A DNA stretch of 64,000 nucleotides from contig JAAOMT010000597.1 in assembly GCA_016748015.1 (NCBI GenBank), positions 434,001-498,000 on the forward strand, in the 5' to 3' direction. Position 1 is the first letter of the stretch. Each line of letters starts with the position of its first letter. The DNA comes from Geosiphon pyriformis uo1. Its lineage: Eukaryota > Fungi > Glomeromycota. The position numbers and the translations under genes were made by a program. Below the pieces are notes generated by a model that saw only the letters and a list, made by a program, of their open reading frames with translations, made no database searches and was not told where the DNA came from. Below, one piece after another: positions 38,930 through 50,500 of this stretch.

Positions 38930-41177
38930 AATAATTTTTTTATTTTTTATTTTTTATTATTAGAATTTAATAAATACAGTCCAACTATTATCTAAAAATT
39001 AAAAACATACTAAATGCTCTAAGACTAAATATAGTTTATATATTTTTTATATATAACCAGCTACTTAAACCAGTTTAGACTATGTTATATTAATACAATA
39101 AAAGTAAACTTACTCAAAGCCAATATTTTTTAAACTATATTAAATAATCTAATATTACAAGAAATCAATCCAACCAATTATTCAGCTGTTTTTAAAAAAT
39201 CAGTTTTAATACTATTAAACTTATGTATCTAAAGAGATATTAAGTTAGAAAATGCTTTATTATTAATGTCAATTGAAAAATTCGAATTACTAAACATGTT
39301 AATATTATCTATACAGCACTTTTTTTTTAATGAAATCACTTTTTTCTCCAATTTATTAACAATTCTGCTAAAAAAATTCAGATGAATTATAAGTTTATTA
39401 ATCTTAAAACTAAAAACACTGCTTGAAACCAAATTATTTTTAATGAATTGTTTAAATACAGTAACTAAAAAGCTAACAGATTTAACAATTAACTTAACTA
39501 ATGCAGAAAGTTTGGCCAAATCAGATTCCAAAAAAGTCAACTAAAAAAACACTAAAAAATTACTAATAATCACAAAAAAAAGACAGAAGTTATTAAAAAT
39601 AGAAACTTAGGAAAGTTCAAAGAAGCAAAAGCTTTAGCATAAAACTTAGCATTCACAAAATATATTGTAAACATCTTAAAAACTTTGGAACTCTTGGAAG
39701 AAAAAGATAGAAATATTTTATAGTCTATAGCCAAATAATTTATTTTTTAATACTTAAAACAATACTGACAATTAAGAGTTTTCTATTAAATATAGCATTT
39801 CTTTAGTATATTAGTCTTGATTACTACAGTATTCAAATCAATTCAAGATTCAAATATAATTAAAGCAAATTAAGAACAGTAAACAGAATTAAAAGAATAG
39901 AAAATAAAACAAGTCTGATTATTAATCTAAAAAATTATATTATTAATCTTAAAAACAGTATAGCCAAAAGAAAGATTAACCAACTTGGTCTTAAACTTAT
40001 TACAAAACAAAATAGTTTTATTTTAATTAATTAATTAAAAAATCCTAATATTATCCTTATTTATTAACACTAATTAATAATTTAAAGCAGACACAACAGT
40101 ATTTAGCTCTTTAAAATAAACAATAATATATTGTCAAACACTAACAGGTTTTAATATAACATAGACAATTTTACCAAAACCACCAAATACTGTTTTAATA
40201 TTAACAACAGACACATCTAAAAGCATATTATACAGAGTAACAGCAATAAAAAAAGAATTAAACTTAAAAATTACCAAAAATTTGGTAATTTTAAGAGTAG
40301 TTAGATAAATAAAAAAGCTTTATATTATTCTTTGATATTGACTTAATATTTAAAAAACCATATACAGATTAAAAAACAGTCTTAACATAAGCCAATTTAA
40401 TCTTAAAAATAATATTAAACATTAGAATAGAGGCCACTTATTCAATAAATCTTTAATAACTAAAAATAGTTTTCCAAACACTATTAATAATATACCAGAA
40501 ACTAACAAGAGAAATAAATTAGTTTTTATTTGATTAATCTAATTTTTAAGAACAGATAATTTAACAAAAAACTGTTATTTTATTTCTAAGACTAGTAATG
40601 ATATGCTAAAAAAAATCACATTTAATAGTATAGCTAGTAATTAATTTTGGCCTATTTTAAATGATGTGTTGAATAATACAATAAAAATTTCATCTAAAAT
40701 TTTATTAGAAATCATAAAAAAGTTTAGTGTAATAATAACAAAAGTAAATAACTGCTCTTGTTTTTTGGAATTTTTGGACTTTTCAGCTATTTTCAAAATA
40801 ATAATACTAGTAATATCAGATAAAACAGCAATAATTGAGAAAACCAGTTTGTTAACTGACTTACTATTAAAAACTTTTGAATTTATAGTAAAAATAGAAA
40901 CAATATTAAAACTAATTTAAGTATGTTTTTTGAAAGAACTTTGATTAATAAAAAACCAGCCAAAGATAAAGAAAATACTTTAGTAGTTACTAAAAACAGC
41001 TTTTTATTATTATTAGCTAAAGAAAAAGCTTTTAAAATATTCTGTTTAACTATTTTTATAATAAAAAAAACTTTTTTGGTTGAAATTTTGTAAAATACTA
41101 AAAAAGAGATATCAATTGCAGTTTTTTTACTTTTTGTTTTAGGTGTAATCATAAAATTAAGAAGATAAAAAGTTTTT
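38930..41177 (-). mobile_element. ORF1-only non-autonomous LINE derivative, copy B (uninterrupted, ~2.25 kb)
   Basis: ATG at 41152 (MITPKTKSKK). Colinear with copy A over its full length. T-rich tail on + at ~38935-38960. Possible TSD TTTGAAT. Confidence 0.82.
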
Positions 41178-43583
41178 TTTGAATTTTTTTAATGATATTT
41201 GGTAAAAATTTTAATAAAAATAAGTTTAAGCATAATATAAGCTTTAAAAAATTTAGAAATTTAAGAATATTTAATTCTATATGTATTTTTTTTAATAATT
41301 ATTTTATATAGTTAAACTTTTAAGATGTTAAAAAGTATATTAACTTTATTTTGGTTAATAATAATCTTTATAATTTAATATTTAATTAATATATTTACTA
41401 ATTTGATAAGTTTTTTAATATTAATTACACTATTGTTTTTATAAATATTAGTTTAAAATTTTTTTTGATTTTTAGCTTAATTTTGTATATAAATAAGCTA
41501 ATAAGATAAGTGAAAATACAAAATTAATAAAATAAATATAAGTATCTAAAAAAAATTCAGTAATTTAATAGTAAATAATACTTTAAATATAAAAAATTGT
41601 TTTAATAAATACAAATTAATTAATAATTTTAATAAAATATAGACTTTACTTATTAGAATAATAATTTTTATAATTAATATTATACTTTTAAAAACATAAT
41701 ATTGGAGTAGTAAAATAATTAAAAACAGTACTTTTTTAAGTTTTATAGTTTAAAATTACTTATTTTTGAAATTTTAAAACCAATTAAATTAGATAATTCA
41801 AATATATTTCAAAATTTATAAATTAAATAGACTAATTTAAACATAAATTAAGCTATTAAGTTTGTGAATCTTTTATAAATAAATCTTATAAAGCTAAAAT
41901 TAAATAAATTTTAATTAAATTTAAAAAAATATAGATATTACAAAATAATTAAAATCAAATTTGTTAAAAACAATTGTATTTAAACTATTATAATTAAATA
42001 TATAAAGATTTTTATTAATAATAAAAGTTAAATAATTAAAAATATACTAAAATAGCTACTTAAAAAAATGTTACTAAATTAATTAATAATAGTAAAATAA
42101 TTTTTAGAATTTAATTTGGTTAAAATTAAAGTAGATTTAATTATAAAAAAATAAATTAGAAAACATACTATTATAAACATAGTTTTTTTTATTAATATTA
42201 ACAATTTATTCTACTTTTTTACATTAATAATAATGTTTTATAAATATTATAAAAAAAATTGGTCTTAATAAGTTTTTGCTTATTATTTAAAATCTTTTAG
42301 ATAAAAAAACTGCCAGTTTATTAAGTATTTTTAATAAAATATAGAAGTATTATAATAATTTAGTACTAAGTTTCTTTTTGAGTTTGTTTAATAAATGCTT
42401 AATAAAAAACAATTTTGGCTACATAAATAAAAGCTTAAATCTTAATAATTTTAAAATTTTATAAGTAAAAAAGTATACTTATTAACACAAAATTATTAAG
42501 AATTTTTTTTAAAATTCTATTTAATCATATTTTAATAACTTGTAACAAATTTAGTGTTTTAAAAAAAGATAATTTTTTAGTTTTAAAAAACATATTAATT
42601 TAGTTTCTTATTTTTGTAATGAGTTTTGTGATTAAAAATATTTTAAAAAAGAACAAAAAAATTTGGTTAGTGCTTTAAAATATGCAAAAAACTTATAACT
42701 TTGTGAGTTGGCTTTATTTAAACAAAAGTTTAATTAAAATTAAAATATACATTAGATTTATTAAGATTTTGGCAGTATTTATAATAAATATATTAATAAA
42801 ATTATAATAAATTTTAGTTTATTTAGTAAATATAAGATGTATAATAATTTAAACCAAAAAAAATTTTTTGTTCTTGTGTAAAAAAATTTTTATAATTTTT
42901 TTTATATAAAATAAAGAAACATAAACTGTTATTTAGTTAGTAAATTAATAAAAAATTTGTAATAAAAACTAATAATATTATATTTAATACAAATTTGACA
43001 TTATTTTTTATTATTAATGTTTTTGTAAATAATATGATTTAAATTAATAACAGTTATATAATAATTCAGAATATTTTAAATATTGTTAATAAATTTTTTG
43101 TTATTAATAATATTATAATTAACTTAGCCAAAATTGTAGTTATTCTAATTAATACTAAAATTAACAATATTAATTTGAACATAAATAATTCCAGAATTTT
43201 TATTGCAAAAACAAATAAATCTTATTAATATTTAAACATATATATATTTTTAAAATTTTTTTTAGTTTAGTTTAAAAAAAACAGACTTAAATATGAAGTT
43301 TTTTTTATAGTTTTATAAAAAACAATTTTTAATAAACAATTTTTATATTTAGTTTTAACTGTATTTTAATCAATTATAAATTATAAAATTTAGTACAGTT
43401 TTATTAATAAGAATATTTGTGATAAATATAATTATTTAATTAAAAAAATTTTAAATTAAAAACATATTTATCTTATAATTTTTAAAATAAAACTATTTAT
43501 TACTTGTTATTTTACAACTTAAAACTCTTTAATTAAGTACAAGCAGAAAAAAAGTAGTTTTAATTATGAATTTTGTCAATATT

Positions 43584-46500
43584 TTTTTTTTATTAACATT
43601 TTATAAGCGAGGTCCAAACACTACCTAGTATAATACATTAATTGATTGATCTAAACTAGGTGTGAATCATGTATTTTCTACATGCAACCAGCCACTTGGA
43701 TCAATCAAGACCACACTAAACACCTATATACACCAAAACTGAGTTTCTAATACCTGAAAAAAACAAACAAGACTTATAAAAACCAAAACCAACACCAATT
43801 GCTTCAGCAATATCCAGCAACTTAACAACACCTGCAGAAAGCAATGCAGGCAGCCCTGAGATTGAAACTACAGTTGAACTATTACTAAGTATCATCCTAC
43901 TCTTTTCCATGCAGGCACAATGTTTAGCATAGACCAACCAAACCTTATCACTAAAGGCAAGACACAAGTTATGCACAAATTCTACAATTTTTTGACCAGC
44001 TATTTTGGCATCTCCAAAGACAGACACAGCTTTCTGGAGCCAATCCTTAAAAATAAAGCCCTTGCAAAGAGTCATGCAAACCACAACATTTGAAGCACAG
44101 GAAAACAAAAGTTGAGAAACACTTAAAAAGGAGGCAGAATGACCAGAAAGAAAACTCCAAGCAGTGACATGAGCATTCAACAAGTGACAATGAGCAAAAT
44201 CATTTACCGTGCAAGAAAAGGCATGGTCAGAAACCTCAACCTCACCACAATACAAACACAGCACACTGGGATAGCATCTGTTATACAATCACTTCCGAAC
44301 AGCAACCAGCAACCAATGGTGTAGGGCTTTCATAAAATATGTGCAAACACCAGTTGTGGATCTGCTAGTAAAGCCAACAGCCATGTGCAAGTCTGGATGC
44401 CATACTAATGATGATCTAAACCAATCAACGTCCAAATGCAGACTACTATCCAAAACCCTAGAACCTGAACCAACCTCTTAACGTGCATGTTGAATAGACT
44501 GAAAGATCCTACAAACAAAATATCTAAAATTACCAAAAACAACATTTCCATCAGCCAAAATATAATGTTTATCCACACATGGAATAAGATACCAGGAAAA
44601 AAAAGAAGCTGTATTGGCAAGTGCATCAGCATGTTTATTGCTTACAACACCTGAATGGCTCCACATCTTGTGCTAGCTGACACTCAAATTTTTTTTTCTA
44701 ATAATATTCACAATGTGTTGACACTCAATCCAACAGTGATTCCTAAAATCCAGATAAATTAAACCTAATTCTAATTTGCAAGCATTCAAGACAGCCTGAC
44801 TGTCTGAATAGACACCAACCAAACTATTAAGAGGAACACACTCAAAAGCCAATGTGATGATTTGCAATTCAGCCAAAATAGAAGACATCAAACCAGAAAC
44901 TCTAACTCCCAAACCCAAGCTTATATCTTCAAAAAAAACTGCAGCACCAGCTCTTATGTCAATACTCCCCAATTTCTTCAGAGATCCATCTGTATAAATG
45001 AAAAGGCTGTCAGTCTTGAAATTTAGCAATTAATTAGAAATCAGTTTATACTCACTAGATTCCAAAATATCCAAATGCTTAGTATCAACTACAGAAGAAA
45101 AATGGGCAGAAGAAGAGGCTACACTATCAAGAAAGGCAATAGAAAGCCTAAACTATTTAGGAACAAGTCCACGTAAGTCCAGTTTTTTTCAACACTTGAA
45201 TGTTTTCCAATCAAAAACAGCTCTATTTTTACAGCAAAGCTGTTAAACAAAAGCAATATCATATTTCTAAAGAGATGGAAGAAATCCAAAGTAATTAGAC
45301 CTGTCAAGAACAGATAACATGGGAGTACCACCACAAAAATGGAAAGCATTGTTCACTTGACCATCCAGAGATATACTGCACCCAAAAAAAACATGAATCA
45401 CACTTGCCAAAAAATTATTAAAAACACTGACTTTAATACAAACTGGGGACACTAAAGGGTGGAGTGAGCTCTAGAACAGAACCTGCAAGTCATGAGACCT
45501 ATGTAAAAACAAACAACCCAAAATCTCAACAGAGTTTGCAAAGCACACAATAGAAGCAACTTTGCTTTCAGCTTGGACTTGCTCAAAAGTTTTTAAGTCA
45601 TACAATGAGGGATGACAAAGTGCATCATTGGGAAAATTGAGAGATAGACTGGACTTCAGCTTTAAGCTCCTGTGAATTAAAGAATTCTACTTATTACACA
45701 TACTGATAGTAACAAAGCTGAATTGCATCCTGTAGCTGACAATGGGATAGAGAACTGCTGACACAAAATATGAAAACTGCTTATCAGAAATGGTCTTCCT
45801 TAAAACCAGATTGGCAAAAAATTTGATATCAGCATCTGTCTTAGCTAGACTAGGTCTTGACAAACTCTCAGTTGACAGAAAAATTCCCAAGTATTAATAA
45901 AACTCTCCTTTCTTGGCAATAGAAATAAGTAAACCACTGATAAACAAATTAGGACATGCCACTTTGCAATTAATAGGAATTGCCACTGTTTTGTCATTGT
46001 TAATAGAAATGTCATTAATCTGAAAAAATTCACTAGCAACATTGAGAATGTGTTGGGTCACAGTTTGGCTACTACCAATCCAGATAGTATCATCAACAAA
46101 AACACCAGCAGCAAGAAAAGATATCAATCCAGCCTGAGATTCCAAATAACCAGTTTTGGCAACAAAGTAAGAGTTTATTCTATATCCATATATGCTTTTC
46201 TGTCTTTTGACTTCACACAAAAAAGGATTATAAAATATATGCCAAAGAAGTGGCAAAAACACTTCTCTCTGATCCAAACCATCATGTACTTGTGTTAAAC
46301 CAAAATTTGTTATCACTTTATTAATACAACCATTGTAAATGCCATCAAAAAATCTAATAAACTTGTCACACATCTTTATTCTGACTAAACTGTTCCTAAG
46401 ATGCTTCTACCCAACAGAGTCATAGGCCTTTCTTATGTCTTGCAAGACTAACTAGAGTTCACGATTCTTTTCCAAAGCATCCTCAATAACAGAACCAATG

Positions 46501-47569
46501 GCAAAAATGGGAGATTGTGTTGTCATACCCTTAAGAACCAAGAAATTGTTCTCACGTAAAACATCAAAAGAGCTGCATGCTGAAAAAATCCTGTCTAAGA
46601 GAATCTTGGAAAGGATTTTATGAGCAGTTTCGATCAAAGCAATAGATTGGGTGTTTGTAAGAACTCTTTTCTACTTATATGGTTTAGAAATCATTAAGAC
46701 TCAAGCTTCTTTTCAAGCACCAAGCACCAATTCACGAGACAAACAAGAGTTTAAAAGCACCAAAAGCATATCCAAAACCAATTTGTCACAATGTTTCTAA
46801 AGTTCATTTAACACCCCAGAAAGACCAGCAGCTTTGTCATTAGGCAGATTAGAAACCACACCAAGCAGCTTATCAAAATTAACCGAACACATTACATCTG
46901 AAAAGGCATTATCAAAAACATACTCCAAAAACTAATACTGATGTAACCAATCACTGGAAAAATTCCCCACCATATTATGCTTTCTGGTCCAGCCTTCTAT
47001 AATCATGTTAACTTTTGCTTTAACCAAGCCAGGTTCCAAAATTAGTTCATCCTTAACCACCAGATTGTTCAAAACCACTTTCCAAAAAAGGCACTCCAGC
47101 ACACTCTTAATTGTGCTATCTTTGTTGACTGCAAAATTCTCCATTTGACTATTAACTGCTAATCTTATTCTTGACTTTTTAGCTTATATAAACTCAGCAA
47201 GCTTGGAGGCATAATATGCCTTTTGCGCACTGAAAAAAGCTGAGCACACACAATCAAAACCTGCACTAGAGTTCACAATTTTCTGCATAATTGAAGCCTT
47301 AATATTGTCCAAAGAATCCTAGCATTCCATGAAAAGAGCAAACCTATCACCATCTTCCTTATAAGAGGCCTTAGCAATCTTCAAGACCAAAAGCTCCAGC
47401 TTATAAAACTTAGAAAATTCTTTGGTAAAAATACCATTGTAATCCTTAGACCATTTTTTCTTGAATATTTTGTTAGCTAACAGCATCATAATATTGCAAA
47501 TCATGTCCAAGTCCAAGAATTGTGCAGAAGCAATAAAACCATCAGAGAATATGACAGCATTAGCTGCTG
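43584..47569 (-). mobile_element. LINE-E: 5'-truncated LINE (RT-RNase H-Zn finger-3' UTR-polyA), TSD TGTCAATATT
   Basis: AAGVFVDDTIW, IYTDGSL..ELQII..YSDSQA and CLYCGEVEVSDHAFSC. TSD at 43574-43583 and 47570-47579. Confidence 0.92.
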
Positions 47570-50500
47570 TGTCAATATTAATAGTATTTTTAACAAATTT
47601 TTTAAATATAAATTAGAATTTTCTGTAATTTATTTTAATTTTTAATTAAATTAAAAGTTAATTTTTTAAACAATTTTTTGATTAATGTTACCAAAATTTT
47701 TTTGTACAATAAATTTTTTTTAATAATCTATATACTTAAAATATTTTAATTTAAATATAATGTTTTAATTATAAATATTCTTAATTATTTTGAGTATTTT
47801 AAAATTCTTAAATTCTTAAATTTTTTAGATATTTTGATATTGTTTTTGTTAATTAGTTTTTAAACAATTATAGTAAATGTTTATTTAAAAAAATATTATT
47901 AATAAAAATACTTAAACTTATAAAGTTTAGTTTTTTTTTAGTTTTAAAGTTTGTTATTATTAATAATTTAACTAAATATTACATATAATTTTCAAAAATT
48001 CTGTTTAAGATTGGTGTATTAAGTTTAAGTAATTATATTGTTATTTATTTTTATTTAAAAAATATTAGTTTGTTTAAGATTATAATTTTTATAGACAGCT
48101 TAATTAAAAATCTTGGTCTGTTTTATATTGTAAATAATATAATAGGATATTTTTTTAATTTAAATATAAAAATAAAAATAGAAGTTTATAAATTGTTCTT
48201 AATTTTAGTTAAATAATAAACTATTGTATTAACTCTTAAATATATTCTAGTATTTATTAGAATTATAATTTGTATTAATAGCTAAGTTGCTTTAAATACT
48301 TATTATATAAAAATAAAACTATTTGTATTGAATTTTTATAATAATTATTAAATATAATTTTATTATATTATAAATATTATTATAAATAGAAAATTATTTT
48401 TAAAGTAGTCAAAAATAAAAAATTATTTTGGTATCTTAAATAATAAATATATTAATATATTAGTGAATTTGGCTTTTTTTTGGGCTGATTTTATTAATTA
48501 ATATGTAAAAATATTTTTTAGTTACTAATAATAAAATTATTTTTGGTAATATATATTATTATATTAAATTAATAAATGATTTTATTTGATATATTTTATA
48601 AAAAGTCGATCTTAATAGTAGTGTTTTAAGTTTTTTCTATATTAATAATATTGAATAAAATATTATTGTATTAATTTGGTATTTTAATATATATATTTTA
48701 ATTAAATATACTAATAAATTTATGGCTAATTTACATATATATATAATAAAAACATTGTCTAAAAAACTATCTATTGTAATTAAAAAGCAGTTATATAATA
48801 AAAAATATCTAAATATTATATATATATATTATAATAATATAAAAATTTTTGATAATAATTTTGTTTATAGTTTAGATTTTATTGTTTATAAAAATCTATT
48901 GACTAATTACTCTAAGCTTTAAAAGTTTTTAACTAATATTAATATTGTAATTTTTTATGTTTTTTAATTTTTATATTTAAGTTTTATGAATATTAATTTA
49001 TATACTATTTTGTACAAAAATTTTGTATTTAAATCTTGATTAGTTAAGACAATTTTGGTTTTTAAAGAGATTAGGTTAATTATTTCTTATTTAATTAATT
49101 TTATATATGATTTAATTAATAATTACAAAAATAAAATTTGGTTGTTTAACTTAAACTACAAACAAAAATAAAAAAAATAAAAATTTACTTATTATTAATT
49201 CAGAACCAGTTATTATTTGTGAATTTTTATGTTGTATTTTGAAAAATATAATATATTTATTAAGAGTTATGAAAAATAATGCAATTTGTTTTGAATTTAG
49301 AATTAAATAGTTGTTTTTTACTAGTATTAATAGTATTATTTCTATTAATATTGTTGTGTAATATTGTTTTAACTGGCTAAATAGCTGGTTATATGTAAAA
49401 AATACATGAATTATATTTAATTTAAAACTTTGAACAGTTATATTGTATTAAATTATAATAAAACTTCATTTATTAATAAATAAAAAAATAAATTATTATA
49501 AATACATTAAAAAATAAAAATAGTTTTATTTTTAATAATTTGTAAAAATTTTCTATTTTTTAATAATATTAATTATTTTATTATGATAATTTTATAATTT
49601 TATTATGTTATTTATTATTTTAATTTTTATTATTAAATTAATACAAATCGTAACATTTATTTTTAAGTTTAATAAATCCTATAATAAAATAAACAAAATT
49701 TTGAAATTTGTAATAATAGGAATTTTAAGTAATTTAAACTAAAATTCAAGCAATTAAGTAAATTTTAAACACTTTAAGCTAAATTTATGTATTTTAAATA
49801 GATTTTAAGTAATTTAAATAAGGTTTACTTTATTTAAATTAAATTTGTTTAAAGGTTATTAAAATAATAAATATATTAATTTAATCGTTTAAAAAAATTG
49901 AATTTTTAGAATTTTAGAATTTGAATACTTTTATTATTAAGTTTTATATTTTAAAAAAAAGTTTTTAAAATTTATTAAAAATAAATAATTTAATTAAAAA
50001 AACTTAAATTATTATATTTATATAAACTTTTTATAATTTAAACCAAATAGTAGTTGCTTAAAAATACTTAAATTTGAATATAATTTATAATATTTTCTTA
50101 AAACATTAAAAATATATTACAATAATAAAATTATACCAAAATTTTAACAACAATATATATAGATATTAGATTTAAATAAAATAAATATTCTCAGAAAAAC
50201 AAAAATTTTTGGCAATAATAAATTAATTTTTTTTGTTATTATAGAAATATACAAATACTTATAACTAATTTTTAAAATTTAAAAAATAATAATATGCTTT
50301 TGTAAATTGCTTAAAATTTTATTTACTTAAATTGTAAATTTTTTATTTTGAATATTATATTTGTAATTGTAGTTTTATTATTGTTTTTAAGCATATTATT
50401 TTCAGAAAATTCTTAAAAGTATATATAATTTTATATTTATTATTAATTATTTAATTAATAATTTAATTTATATAATATACAAATATAGTTAAATATAATA

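Larger units (their letters stand above)
7753..49490 (+). mobile_element. LINE-D: oldest host LINE, extremely decayed, surviving as four pieces (~7753-7917, 38696-38929, ~41178-43583, 47570-49490)
   Basis: The pieces read in order as endonuclease (KL..K.KPWIMNKF; LLFK..L.V.I.GLY; GGDFN), RT (AFVDD-like at ~43015-43030), RNase H (~48100-48400) and the shared LINE 3' UTR plus A tail (~49355-49490). The reading resumes at the matching protein position across each insertion. Confidence 0.75.

Noticed and set aside
37459-41177. Large inverted repeat suggesting a foldback or DNA transposon
   Set aside because: It is two independent tail-to-tail insertions of the ORF1-only element, separated by ~230 bp of host LINE-D endonuclease.
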